Of a stretch of DNA of 64,000 nt, positions 46,980-56,831 are shown one piece after another; position 1 is the first letter of the stretch, and the number at the start of each line of letters is the position of its first letter. The notes under the pieces are model-generated. The model was not told the DNA's origin, ran no database searches, and worked only from the letters and a program-made list of their open reading frames with translations. The stretch comes from an uncultured Candidatus Bathyarchaeia archaeon. Lineage in GTDB: Archaea; Thermoproteota; Bathyarchaeia; RBG-16-48-13; GCA-020345945. The DNA lies in assembly GCA_964596985.1 (NCBI GenBank), contig CAZQWG010000001.1, forward strand, positions 396,977-460,976. The letters are read 5' to 3'. A program made the position numbers and the translations under genes.

Positions 46980-48023
46980 TTACTTTGCTTTTCTCAGGTC
47001 GTCCACAAAAGACTTCAGCTGATTCCTATACGGGAAAAGAGCCGGCGTTCCACCCGTATGGAAGAAGACGATAGTGTCGTCTTTTGAGAAGTAGCCGTTC
47101 TTGATCAGATCCAGCATTCCGTGCATCGCCTTCCCGGTGTAGACCGGGTCCAACAGTATGCCCTCCGTTTCAGCGAGCAACCTTATAGCGTCAGCTACCT
47201 CTCGGGTCAAGTATCCGTAGCCAGGTGGCACGTAGTCGTCTACCACTACGATGTCCCCTCTAGTCAGCGGGAGATCAATCCCAAGAAGCCTGCTTGAGCC
47301 CCGAACGATGTCCGTGATTCTCTCCGATAGATGGTTCTTGTCCGAGCTTACGCTGATCCCTATCACCTTGACGCCGGTGCTGAGCGCCAACGCCCCCAAG
47401 AGTAGACCCGACTGCGTCCCGCCGCCCCCGCAAGAGTGGACGATGTGGGTGACTCTGACCCCCAACTCGTTGGCCTGTTGCAGTAGTTCGAGGGCGGCGT
47501 TCGCGTATCCCAGCGCCCCGATTGCGTTCGATCCGCCCGACGGTATGATATATGGAGTCCTCCCCGCGTCCCTGAGCTCTCCGGCAACCTCCTCCATCGC
47601 CTTCTGCATGGCGCGACCTCGAGCCTTCGGGTCTTTCCCTACCTTTGGGTTGACTAGACGTATCTCCGCGTCGGTCAGAAAGTCGAGAAGCAGATTACCG
47701 TCGTAACCCCCCGGCTCGCTCTCTACCTCCCGCAGAACAAGGACAGATCTCATTCCTAGGCGTCTTGCCGCCGCGGCGGTCATCCTAGCGTGATTAGATT
47801 GGAGGGCACCAGTGGTTATCACGGTGTCAGCCCCCTCCTCCCTCGCGTCCGCCATCAGGAATTCGAGCTTCCTAGCCTTGTTCCCTCCGAAAGCCAGTCC
47901 TGTGTTGTCGTCTCTCTTCATTAGCACCCGAGGCCCTCCGACCCTCTTGCAGAAATTAGGGATCTCTTCGAGGGGGGTCGGAAGGCTCGCCAGTCTAACC
48001 CTGGAGAACTTCGATAACTGCAA
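46980..48023 (-). CDS. ACC deaminase / D-cysteine desulfhydrase family PLP enzyme
   Basis: GGNKARKLEFL (PLP lysine), GALQSNH and HSCGGGGT. Confidence 0.85.
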   Translation of the reverse strand: MQLSKFSRVRLASLPTPLEEIPNFCKRVGGPRVLMKRDDNTGLAFGGNKARKLEFLMADAREEGADTVITTGALQSNHARMTAAAARRLGMRSVLVLREVESEPGGYDGNLLLDFLTDAEIRLVNPKVGKDPKARGRAMQKAMEEVAGELRDAGRTPYIIPSGGSNAIGALGYANAALELLQQANELGVRVTHIVHSCGGGGTQSGLLLGALALSTGVKVIGISVSSDKNHLSERITDIVRGSSRLLGIDLPLTRGDIVVVDDYVPPGYGYLTREVADAIRLLAETEGILLDPVYTGKAMHGMLDLIKNGYFSKDDTIVFFHTGGTPALFPYRNQLKSFVDDLRKAK

Positions 48024-48120
48024 CCCAATACCCCCGCATCACTTAAGCCGAGAATCCTTTTGAGTTTATCATTAACCATATAGCCCACCCTGTGTATGTG
48101 AGGAAACGGGGTTCAGCCGC

Positions 48121-49284
48121 ATGCAAGTCGGGTTGATCTACGACTACAGGGACGAGGACTCGTTCGAGATCGAACTGGCAGCTCAGAGGAGAGGAATCGA
48201 GATCACCCCAATACAGTTCTCTAACATGACGATTCCCCTCACAGATATCCCGGAACTGCGCAGACGGTTCAACGGGCTCCGAGTAGCCACGAACAGATGC
48301 ACGGTGAAGGCGAGACGGGAATACGCCGCAATGCTCCTGCAGACACTGAACATACCAGTCATCAATCCGTTTCAAGTTGAGCGTGTCGTTAACAGCAAGA
48401 GAGACACCGTTCTCGTCCTCGCAGAGAAGGGTGTCGAGACCCCGAAGACCCTGTTCTTCCCCGAGAACGTCACCGAAAGAGCGAAGACAAAGGTCACGCA
48501 GATAGCCGACGCCATAGAAGCCGAACTTGGATACCCGGTCATCCTGAAGCCTGACAGGGGAAGCGAGGGTAGAAAGGTGACAAGGGCCGACGACCGAAGA
48601 GAACTCGAAGCCGGAATAGCCCGGATAAGAAGGGGTACCGCCAACCCGTTGGGGATCATAGCCCAAGAATTCTTCCGTAAAAGCTTCGATCTGAGGGTTG
48701 TCGTCTCGAAGGAGGCAGGCAAAGAACCCAGGTATCTGGGGACACTGGTCAGAGTCGCCCCTAAGAGAGGCGAATTCAGAACCAACACCTCTTTAGGAGG
48801 GTACCCGCTCAGCATCGACCTCCCGTCGAGGGTTAGAGGGAACGCGCTGAGAGTGGTCGATGCAATCAACGAGAAAGCCTTAGAGGAGGGGCTTCGACCT
48901 TCCTGGTCGTCCTTCATACTCGGGATCGATATGATGCCCAAGGTTGGACAGGAAGATGACGAAGAGATCAGAAACCTGTCCCAACCACTGGGTCAATGCC
49001 TTGACGAGATCAGGGAGATAAAGCAGGAGCCCTCATACGTATCCAAACAGGAGATGTTTGAGGATCGGCGGAAGAGGATCGAGGATGCCTACAAGCAGTA
49101 TAGAGAGGAAGAGGCCTTTGTAGACGTCGCCCGCAAGATCCAAGACGTAGTCGACAGGAAGACCACGACCATCCTACCCCACGAAGTGAACTCAGGATTG
49201 GACTACTGGTTCAACACGAAGAACATGATCGACGTCAACCTTGCCGAGATCTACGTGGACTGCATGTTGAGCACCACGAGCTAG
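48121..49284 (+). CDS. ATP-grasp (RimK/LysX-like) ligase with ~100-aa acidic C-terminal extension
   Basis: ATP-grasp core YPVILKPDRGSEG and LRVVV. The C-terminal region is not recognised. Confidence 0.7.
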   Translation: MQVGLIYDYRDEDSFEIELAAQRRGIEITPIQFSNMTIPLTDIPELRRRFNGLRVATNRCTVKARREYAAMLLQTLNIPVINPFQVERVVNSKRDTVLVLAEKGVETPKTLFFPENVTERAKTKVTQIADAIEAELGYPVILKPDRGSEGRKVTRADDRRELEAGIARIRRGTANPLGIIAQEFFRKSFDLRVVVSKEAGKEPRYLGTLVRVAPKRGEFRTNTSLGGYPLSIDLPSRVRGNALRVVDAINEKALEEGLRPSWSSFILGIDMMPKVGQEDDEEIRNLSQPLGQCLDEIREIKQEPSYVSKQEMFEDRRKRIEDAYKQYREEEAFVDVARKIQDVVDRKTTTILPHEVNSGLDYWFNTKNMIDVNLAEIYVDCMLSTTS

Positions 49285-49355
49285 AAAGCCGGCAGAGAAA
49301 CCCCTCTATACGCATCGGTTTCATGTTCAACCGACAGGTGGGTCGACGGTCTCCA

Positions 49356-49706
49356 CTAGATCGGGGTTACGTGGATCTTCCCGCTCTGCTCCACGGTAAC
49401 CTGAACCTCATCGCCAAAATGGTACTTCTTCGGCAGGCGATCCCACTCTTGGGCTGTGAAGTAAAGAACCAGTCGGTTACTGTAGATTCTCGACTGAGGG
49501 AAGATCTTGGGGATCTGACTGATTATAGGCATGACCATCGACATCTCCTTGGGGGCATTGGTAGGCATCGAGATCACGTTAGGTGGTCTCTGAGCTTCCA
49601 TCGCGAACTCCACGCAGACAAATTCGTTGCTGAAGGGGTCAAAGAACGGGTGAACCGAAGTAACCTTGCAGCTGAAGGAGAGCCCGCCGAGATCAGACAT
49701 ACCCAA
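49356..49706 (-). CDS. hypothetical protein
   Basis: 116-aa ORF filling an otherwise empty interval. No motif is recognised. Confidence 0.3.
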   Translation of the reverse strand: MGMSDLGGLSFSCKVTSVHPFFDPFSNEFVCVEFAMEAQRPPNVISMPTNAPKEMSMVMPIISQIPKIFPQSRIYSNRLVLYFTAQEWDRLPKKYHFGDEVQVTVEQSGKIHVTPI

Positions 49707-49794
49707 ACCTCATGACCGGTGGAGTCAGATAAACCGAATACGCATTCAAGAGGAAGGAGTCTGAGGCTTAAGTCTTCCGCTAAGAGTAAGAAAC

Positions 49795-50688
49795 CTAGAC
49801 CCGTGCCATGAAGGCTTCAAGTTCTTCCCTGGTTGGACTTCCCCGAGTGACAGGCTTGGTCACCTTGAAGGCCCCTGCAGCATTGGCGCGTAGAAGGCAG
49901 TCGTGATCTGACTGACCAAGGGATTTATACGCGGCGAAGACGCCTAGGAACGCGTCGCCGGCACCTACAGTGTTGACGGCCTGCAGTCCCATCCCCCTCA
50001 GGTCTATGCCAGGAACGCGAAATACCTGACCGCTCTCCGATCCGATTAGAACACATCCATCGGCACCGAGCTTCGAAACCAGGTTACAGGTAACACCTTC
50101 GCTTTCCAGCGCCTCGGAGGCTTCGACTGGGTCGCTTTTTCCGGTCAGGTTCTCGATCTCTACGGAGTTCAAGACAACGTAGTCCACATTCCTCAGAACA
50201 CCCCTAAGCCCGGATAGCCCCATTGTACTCCTCACCCCAGGATCGAAGATCACAACCTTTCCGAGAGATCTACCCAATCTCGCGAGGGCTAGGAGAGAGT
50301 CAGGTCTTGGATCGATTATGACGACGATCTTGGACCTCTCGACCAGAGAGCGTCTAGCCTCATCCATAAGATCTGCCGGGGTGAATTCCAGATTCGCCCC
50401 GAACAGAGTGAATATCATATTCTGGCCTTCGGCGTCTATCGTAATGTAGGCTTGACCTGATTCGATCCCTTCTACGATCCTTATCCCAGAGGTTTCTACC
50501 CCCTCGGCATCTAGGATCTCGATCTGTTCCCTTCCAATCGCGTCAGCCCCCAGACCCCCGAGGATGGCTACCTTTTCTCTGCCTAGAATCCTTGACGCCG
50601 CGACCGAGACGTTTGCTCCCTTCCCTCCAGGTATTCGAGTCAACTTCTCAACCGCGATCTCCTCCCCGCTCTTCGGGAACTGCTGCAC
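49795..50688 (-). CDS. PfkB-family sugar kinase (ribokinase-like); the conserved N-terminal strand lies upstream of the first canonical start
   Basis: GGKGAN, DPR and the C-terminal NTVGAGDAF motif. Upstream, the in-frame sequence EVVVCGAINLDINLF (50689-50733) has no ATG/GTG/TTG. Confidence 0.8.
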   Translation of the reverse strand: MQQFPKSGEEIAVEKLTRIPGGKGANVSVAASRILGREKVAILGGLGADAIGREQIEILDAEGVETSGIRIVEGIESGQAYITIDAEGQNMIFTLFGANLEFTPADLMDEARRSLVERSKIVVIIDPRPDSLLALARLGRSLGKVVIFDPGVRSTMGLSGLRGVLRNVDYVVLNSVEIENLTGKSDPVEASEALESEGVTCNLVSKLGADGCVLIGSESGQVFRVPGIDLRGMGLQAVNTVGAGDAFLGVFAAYKSLGQSDHDCLLRANAAGAFKVTKPVTRGSPTREELEAFMARV

Positions 50689-50981
50689 GAACAGGTTGAT
50701 GTCCAGGTTGATGGCTCCACAGACAACTACCTCAGACAGACAGTTACACCTCTCAAAGCCAACTCAAGCGGAACCCAAACACCGATCGAGTCTCTACTCT
50801 TCTGGAAGAACGTTGAAGAGGCTTCAGCTATTAAGATCTTGGAAAGCCCGGGATTATAATCTCTACGAGAGAAGTCTCTGAAGGAGAGAATCTTGAAGCC
50901 GGGGATACCCTGTGAGAGAACGGGAACCGAGATGAAACCAATCATATACGAATCCGAGATCATTGGAACAGAGCAGAATGA

Positions 50982-51076
50982 TGGCGGGCCCGAAGGGATT
51001 CGAACCCCCGACTTCAGGCTCCGAAGGCTTTCGCGGTGATAAACCACTGCGCCCTATCCGACTAGGCTACGGGCCC
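50982..51076 (-). tRNA. tRNA-Arg(UCG) with one 18-nt intron at non-canonical position ~29/30; CCA encoded
   Basis: Manual fold: acceptor GGGCCCG/CGGGCCC and T-arm GGGGG-TTCGAAT-CCCTT. After removing TGGTTTATCACCGCGAAA, the anticodon arm is CAGGC-CTTCGGA-GCCTG. Confidence 0.75.
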
Positions 51077-51276
51077 AACAGGTCCGTGAAATAGATAACC
51101 GATTAAAGAAGCTTCCTATAAATCCCTCCAAGAGAGAGTGAAGTCGCGGTCAAGGCGAAGGAGAAACGGGAACCCGTGGAAGGCTAGAAAGATACATATT
51201 CTTATGAGGACATCTTATGACGACATAAAGACAACACTCTTACATTTTCATGATATTAAGAGAGAAGGAAAAACAG

Positions 51277-52020
51277 ATGAGTTCTCAAACACACCTCCAC
51301 GATCTCAAGTTCAGGATGATGACCATCGATCTTCTCAGGATGGCGAAGGAACGATACACCTACCGAGAACTAGCCCAACACACAGACCTCCCAGTGACGG
51401 TCTTAAGCAGATACGTGAAAGGCCACGTATTACCGACAACGAACAGGGCTAAGAGCATATGGAACTCGTTGGAGAAACTCGTAAGCCTAGAGAACGAGTT
51501 CAGAAATAGGATAACCTTCGACGACTCCGGCTATTTTGATAATACAAGCATCGTCTGCAACATATCCCTCCTCTCGCAAGGAGCCCAACACGCCCTCTCG
51601 AAATTTGCCGGCCGTAGAATAACCAAGGTGATTACCGCGGCGGTGGACGGCGTTCCTCTGGCTACAATGATCGCAGAGGCTTTCGGGGTCAACCTGGTAC
51701 TGGCGAAGAACACGAAGGAGGTTGGAATCCACGACTTCATCGAGGAGAGCTACATCCCAAGCGGCTCAGCGGTAAGGATGGTATTGTACATACCGAAGAA
51801 AGCGATCAAGAGGGGAGACAGCGTCCTGATAGTCGACGACGTCATCAGGTCGGGAGAGACCCAGAGGGCGTTGATCAACCTAGTCGGAAAAGCCCGGGCT
51901 GAGGTAGCAGGAATCTACGCGCTGGTTGGAGTAGGGAAGAATTGGAGAGAGAAGATACCCACCCCATCCAACTGTCCTTGTGAAGTAATCCTGACCCTGC
52001 CATTGAAGAACGGGGAATAG
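51277..52020 (+). CDS. HTH + phosphoribosyltransferase-domain regulator (GfcR/PyrE-like)
   Basis: N-terminal HTH (YTYRELAQHTDLPVTVLSRYVKG) and the PRTase motif VLIVDDVIRSGET. The start is taken at ATG 51277. Confidence 0.65.
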   Translation: MSSQTHLHDLKFRMMTIDLLRMAKERYTYRELAQHTDLPVTVLSRYVKGHVLPTTNRAKSIWNSLEKLVSLENEFRNRITFDDSGYFDNTSIVCNISLLSQGAQHALSKFAGRRITKVITAAVDGVPLATMIAEAFGVNLVLAKNTKEVGIHDFIEESYIPSGSAVRMVLYIPKKAIKRGDSVLIVDDVIRSGETQRALINLVGKARAEVAGIYALVGVGKNWREKIPTPSNCPCEVILTLPLKNGE

Positions 52021-52062
52021 GCGGCCGAGAGCAGAGAAGCCAGATCCTTTGATATTCGATCT

Positions 52063-53103
52063 TCAACGTCTGGAAAACAGTCTACCTAGACTTCTCCCGA
52101 AAGGCGGGAATACTACATCGCTCTCCGTCACTATTGCAGTCACATACTGGGGCGGCGTAACATCGAAGGCAGGATTCAACGCAGGTATACCCGTAGGCGC
52201 GGTACGTATCCCGTGGAAGCCGAGAACCTCCACCTCGTCCCTCAACTCTATCTCGACATCCTTCGACTCGGTCTTCAGATCGACCGTGGAGAGCGGGGAA
52301 GCAACATAGAAAGGGATCCTATGGATGCTTGAGAGAACTGCAATCGTGTAGGTTCCAATCTTGTTGATTACAGAGCCGTCTCCAAGAACCCGGTCAGCGC
52401 CTACGATCACCTTGTCCACCATCCCCTCTGCCAACACGTATCCAACGGCGCTGTCAACAATCAGGGTGACAGGAATCCCAGCCCTCTGAAGCTCGAAGGT
52501 TGTCAACCTCGCCCCCTGTAACCTGGGTCTCGTCTCGGTTGCAATCACCCGCACCCTCTTCCCAGACTCAGCCGCCGCCTTCACGATCCCGAGCGCAGTC
52601 CCGTAGCCCACAGTGCCAAACCCCCCTGCGTTGCAGTGTGTGAGAACCGCGTCACCATCATCAAGTAGGGAAGCCCCGTTCCTACCTATCGCCAAGTTCA
52701 CTTGCAGATCTTCCTCAGCCAACCTCAGTGCGGCATCAAGCGTCATCTTCTTCAGCGTCTCGACGGTCCCCTTACCGCCTCGAACCGTGTCCAAGACACG
52801 GTCGATCGCCCAAAAAAGGTTCACAGCGGTCGGCCTAGTCGATCTCAGCCGATGCGCCGAAAGTTCCAAGTCACCTAAGAGCTCTTTCTTGGAGACCGCT
52901 TTGGAGGATAAGGCTGTAAGAGCAAGACCGAAGGCGGCAGCAACGCCTATGACCGGGGCTCCACGGATCTTCATGTTCTGAATTGCTTCGGCGATCTGGC
53001 TGGAACCCCGAAGCCTGAGCTCGACGAGCTCATGGGGAAGCCTTGACTGATCGTAGGTGACGACGACACCGTCCTCCCATCTTATCGTCCGGAAAACACT
53101 CAT
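52063..53103 (-). CDS. mtnA: methylthioribose-1-phosphate isomerase / eIF-2B alpha-beta-delta family
   Basis: N-terminal DQSRLPHE, IRGAPVIG, THCNAG, the ETRP motif and GADRV. Confidence 0.85.
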   Translation of the reverse strand: MSVFRTIRWEDGVVVTYDQSRLPHELVELRLRGSSQIAEAIQNMKIRGAPVIGVAAAFGLALTALSSKAVSKKELLGDLELSAHRLRSTRPTAVNLFWAIDRVLDTVRGGKGTVETLKKMTLDAALRLAEEDLQVNLAIGRNGASLLDDGDAVLTHCNAGGFGTVGYGTALGIVKAAAESGKRVRVIATETRPRLQGARLTTFELQRAGIPVTLIVDSAVGYVLAEGMVDKVIVGADRVLGDGSVINKIGTYTIAVLSSIHRIPFYVASPLSTVDLKTESKDVEIELRDEVEVLGFHGIRTAPTGIPALNPAFDVTPPQYVTAIVTESDVVFPPFGRSLGRLFSRR

Positions 53104-53654
53104 TCCCCCACTTCCAAGAATGCGGAAAGGATATCCTGTGAGAGATCCCGGGCAGTCTTAGCCAGTTCAGGAGTCATCTCCATCCCTAACCCAATATTCT
53201 TCGGTTGAACGCCGAGGAAAAGAACCTTAGCGCCGATCCCCGAGGTAATGTACTCGGAGAGAATCGACAGGGACAAGGCGTGTGTACTGGAGGCTGATTC
53301 AAGAATAGACTCCGAGTTGACAACACGTGTCTCGCCAGGATCCAAGCCCATCTCTGCAGCATCGATTATCAGGACGTGGCTAGGAGCCATCCTCCTAAGA
53401 GGACCGGTGAAACTCTCGGGCACGGTCTCGCAGTCGAAGAGCTCCACGTAACTTGGCACCCGCCCCTTCAAGCGATCAACTATGACCGAGCCGACAGCGT
53501 CATCTCCCCTAATCCGGCTGCCCACACCCAGCACGGCGATCTTTGTGGCCCCTCGAAGCCATCTCCTCAATTCCGGAAACACAGTCAACTCAGACTTGAG
53601 TTCTACACTACACGAATATGAAAGTGTTGGATAGGGAATGCTTATCCCCAACAC
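53100..53654 (-). CDS. hydrogenase maturation endopeptidase (HycI/HyaD family)
   Basis: IAVLGVGSRIRGDDAVG and the downstream IIDA motif. The true start is probably internal. There is a 4-nt overlap with mtnA. Confidence 0.6.
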   Translation of the reverse strand: MLGISIPYPTLSYSCSVELKSELTVFPELRRWLRGATKIAVLGVGSRIRGDDAVGSVIVDRLKGRVPSYVELFDCETVPESFTGPLRRMAPSHVLIIDAAEMGLDPGETRVVNSESILESASSTHALSLSILSEYITSGIGAKVLFLGVQPKNIGLGMEMTPELAKTARDLSQDILSAFLEVGE

Positions 53655-53736
53655 GAATCACCGGCGACGATAGCCGAAACCTACATAAAGAGAAGACATT
53701 TGGCAATAGGTTGAACCCCAAGAGGAGACATGTACA

Positions 53737-54270
53737 TTGCAGAGAGAGATAATAGAAGCCAGATACCAAGAAGACAAAGTCAACGTCTATGAGGAAGACG
53801 CCGTCAGCTTTCTCAACGAGAGGGGATACGGAGAACTCGACAAGGAAAGCCACGTTCTCACCCTAACCCCTTACGAGGTCCTATACCTTGCCCTAGACAA
53901 GAAGCTGAAGGTACTGGATTCTGACGCAGAGTCGCAACTGGGCTCCCCTGAACTCCTTGAAAAGTTCCGTCTGAAGGACCCAGAGATATGGACGAGATAC
54001 CTAGTATACCGAGACCTCAGAGACAGGGGATACGTCTTGAGAGAAGGCTTCGGGTTTGGAGTAGACTTCAGGGTATACGACAGAGGGGAATACGGGAAGA
54101 AAGCCGCCAAGTACATAGTCTTCGGAATAAACGAGGGAGGCCCTATCCCAATCAGCAGGATAGCTCAACTCTTGAACCAAGTGAAGAGCTTGAAGAGAGA
54201 ACTGATCCTAGCCGTCATAGACAGGAGAGGCGAGGTCGTCTACTACTCCGTCTTCCAAATGGTGCCATAG
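53737..54270 (+). CDS. endA: tRNA-splicing endonuclease, catalytic-type subunit (177 aa)
   Basis: YLVYRDLRDRGYVLREGFGFGVDFRVY and the C-terminal catalytic domain pattern. Confidence 0.85.
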   Translation: MQREIIEARYQEDKVNVYEEDAVSFLNERGYGELDKESHVLTLTPYEVLYLALDKKLKVLDSDAESQLGSPELLEKFRLKDPEIWTRYLVYRDLRDRGYVLREGFGFGVDFRVYDRGEYGKKAAKYIVFGINEGGPIPISRIAQLLNQVKSLKRELILAVIDRRGEVVYYSVFQMVP

Positions 54271-54272
54271 AC

Positions 54273-55127
54273 ATGAGGAAACTCTGGGGTTTCTTTGCTA
54301 TTATCAGACCAGTCAACTCCTTAATGATGGGGCTTAGCGTCCTGATAGGACAGCTGATAGCCGAGAACAGCATCCCGGTTCTCTCGACCGCTTTCCTAGG
54401 CTTCACGACAGCCTTCTCGTTCACGGCTGCAGCGATGGTGATCAACGACTACTACGATCGCGACATCGACGCGATAAATGAGCCGCAGAGACCAATCCCA
54501 AGCGGATTAATATCCCCAAATGAGGCCTTGGTCTACGCAGTCCTCCTAGAGATAGTCGGTCTTGCAGCCGCGGCCTTCACCAACCTCACCTGTCTGCTCA
54601 TAACCATCACTACGATAGTACTGTCGATCCTATACACCACAAAGGGCAAAGAGACCGGGCTTCCAGGAAACCTCATGGTCAGCGCATGCGTCTCAATGCC
54701 TTTCGTCTACGCGGGTTACCTCGTAGGAAGAGAGCCGAGTCAGCTTCTCTGGACCTTCGGATTCATGGCGTTCCTAGCAAACACTGGACGCGAAATAACC
54801 AAAGGAATAGTCGACATAGAAGGGGATAGAACCCGAAACGTTAGGACAATAGCCGTGAGCTCCGGACCCGAAAAAGCAGCATTCTCAGCTGCCCTATTCT
54901 ATCTCTCCTCAGTAGTCCTGAGTGCACTACCGGTATGGAACGGAGAGGTTTCAGCATACTACCTTCCCGTGGTTGCAATAACCGATATCGGTTTGATAGA
55001 ATCATCCTTATCACTGATCAGAAAACCGGGCAGGGAAAACGCTAGAAGAGTGAAACAACGGGTGTTAGTCTACATGCTAGTCGGAATGATAGCTTTCCTA
55101 GCAGGCAACCTTCCTGGAGAGCGATGA
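54273..55127 (+). CDS. UbiA-family prenyltransferase, digeranylgeranylglyceryl phosphate synthase-like
   Basis: NDYYDRDIDAINEPQRPIPSG and a second Asp-rich motif. It is polytopic. The start is taken at ATG 54273. Confidence 0.8.
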   Translation: MRKLWGFFAIIRPVNSLMMGLSVLIGQLIAENSIPVLSTAFLGFTTAFSFTAAAMVINDYYDRDIDAINEPQRPIPSGLISPNEALVYAVLLEIVGLAAAAFTNLTCLLITITTIVLSILYTTKGKETGLPGNLMVSACVSMPFVYAGYLVGREPSQLLWTFGFMAFLANTGREITKGIVDIEGDRTRNVRTIAVSSGPEKAAFSAALFYLSSVVLSALPVWNGEVSAYYLPVVAITDIGLIESSLSLIRKPGRENARRVKQRVLVYMLVGMIAFLAGNLPGER

Positions 55128-55128
55128 T

Positions 55129-56415
55129 ATGCCCGGATTTCAGACCCTAAGGGGAATGAGAGACTTCCTGCCAGAAGACCTCAGGAAAAGGAGACAAGTG
55201 GAGGATACGATTCGACGGCTCTTCACCCTCTACGGCTATGAGGAGATCGAAACCCCAACCGTCGAGTCAATGCAACTATTGACCGCAAAGGCAGGAGACG
55301 AGATAAGACACAGAATGTACGCCTTCAGAGACCTAGGCGACAGAGAGGTCGCTCTAAGACCCGAGATGACCGCCTCGGTTGCAAGGATGGTCGTAAACAA
55401 CCTGAGATACTCAACGAAACCGTTGAGACTAGGCTACGTATCCAACTGCTTCCGCTACGACGAACCACAAAAGGGAAGGTATAGAGAATTCTGGCAGGGA
55501 GGATACGAGCTGTTCGGGTCCTCTAGACCAGAGGCCGACGTAGAGATACTCACCATCGCCAACCAGCTAATGGGGGCTCTAGGCTTCAACAGGTATGAGA
55601 TGAAAGTAGGTCACGTGGGAATACTCAGAGGAGTCTTGGAACAGGAAGGAATCGGCGAACAAACCCAAAATAAAACTGTAGCCTTTATGGATAAGGGTGA
55701 ATACGACAATGCAATAGCCCTACTGGAACAGAATAGAATCCCAAGCGAGTGCATCGAAGTATCCAGAGAACTATTCGAAGTGAAAACAGACTCCATCACA
55801 GAGGCATTAGAAGAGGGAAGGAAGCTGCTTGAGAACTATGGGAAAGCGCTTCAATCCCTCGACAACCTAGGAAGCATCATCAGGATCTTAACAGATAGCG
55901 GATTGGATATCCCTCTGACAGTCGACCTTGGTTTCGGAAGAGGGCTGGAATACTACACAGGAATGGTCTTCGAGGTTTTTGTACCGGACCTTGATGTAGC
56001 CTTAAACGGTGGCGGCAGATACGACCGACTGATAGAAACATTCGGGGGAGAACCTACCCCTGCAGTGGGATGCGCACCTGGAATCGATCGGATCGTCCTC
56101 GCCATGGAGAAGGAGAACCTCTTCAAGAAAGAAGAGGAAACCCCCAAGATTCTAATAGTAGCCCTAGAGGACAGGCTTCACAGCAGAGCGTTGGAAGTCG
56201 CACAGAGACTAAGAAACAGAGGTTACCGTACAGAAGTCGAAGTAACGGGTAGAAAGCTGAGGAAAGCACTCTCGTTCGCGTCCAACGCGAAACACACCCA
56301 TACAGTAATAATCGGACAGAGAGAACTGTCGAGAGGTCTAGTCATCGTTAGAAATATGGCGAGAAATGAGCAGACAGAAGTCAAGATAGATGCCATCCAA
56401 GATCAAATAGTGTGA
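55129..56415 (+). CDS. hisS: histidine--tRNA ligase
   Basis: Class II motifs: RGMRDFLP, ALRPEMT, FRYDEPQKGRYREF and GGGRYD. Confidence 0.9.
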   Translation: MPGFQTLRGMRDFLPEDLRKRRQVEDTIRRLFTLYGYEEIETPTVESMQLLTAKAGDEIRHRMYAFRDLGDREVALRPEMTASVARMVVNNLRYSTKPLRLGYVSNCFRYDEPQKGRYREFWQGGYELFGSSRPEADVEILTIANQLMGALGFNRYEMKVGHVGILRGVLEQEGIGEQTQNKTVAFMDKGEYDNAIALLEQNRIPSECIEVSRELFEVKTDSITEALEEGRKLLENYGKALQSLDNLGSIIRILTDSGLDIPLTVDLGFGRGLEYYTGMVFEVFVPDLDVALNGGGRYDRLIETFGGEPTPAVGCAPGIDRIVLAMEKENLFKKEEETPKILIVALEDRLHSRALEVAQRLRNRGYRTEVEVTGRKLRKALSFASNAKHTHTVIIGQRELSRGLVIVRNMARNEQTEVKIDAIQDQIV

Positions 56416-56467
56416 AAGCCGACCTTCGTCGACCAGGACGACACCCCAAGAGAGTACGCCTTTGAGG

Positions 56468-56579
56468 TGGCGGGCCCGGTGGGATTTGAACCCACGACCT
56501 ACGACTCTCACCACGGGTTTAGGAGGCCGCCGCTTTGGATGGGCTGTACACCCCTCTATCCAGGCTGAGCCACGGGCCC
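56468..56579 (-). tRNA. tRNA-Arg(CCU) with two introns (about 21 nt in the D-arm 3' strand, 13 nt at canonical 37/38); CCA encoded
   Basis: Manual fold: acceptor GGGCCCG/CGGGCCC, T-arm GTGGG-TTCAAAT-CCCAC and anticodon arm GCGGC-CTCCTAA-GTCGT. D stem GCTC..GAGC is restored only after removing GGGTGTACAGCCCATCCAAAG. Confidence 0.8.
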
Positions 56580-56671
56580 GGTCTATACGTAGACCTATTA
56601 CATCTCCTCAAGGTCCCTATAATAAAAGTGTGGAAGACTTATCAGTGGAGAGAACATCTGCAAGATAGGTC

Positions 56672-56829
56672 GCGGGGGTTACCGAGTTAGGTCAAAGAAA
56701 ACCCCTATGGGACGAGGGGTTTGTGAAAGTGCAGGACTTAAGAACCCTATACCAAGGACCGAGTCTGGGCCAGATTGAGAGATCCTGTGGCGTAGGCCTT
56801 CGCGGGTTCGAGTCCCGCCCCCCGCACCA
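56672..56829 (+). tRNA. tRNA-Leu(UAA) with two introns (31 nt in the D-arm, 39 nt at 37/38); CCA encoded
   Basis: Acceptor GCGGGGG/CCCCCGC, anticodon arm CAGGA-CTTAAGA-TCCTG, long variable arm TGGCGTAGGCCTTC and T-arm GCGGG-TTCGAGT-CCCGC. The D-arm intron is 56698-56728 and the canonical intron 56743-56781. Confidence 0.85.
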
Positions 56830-56831
56830 TT

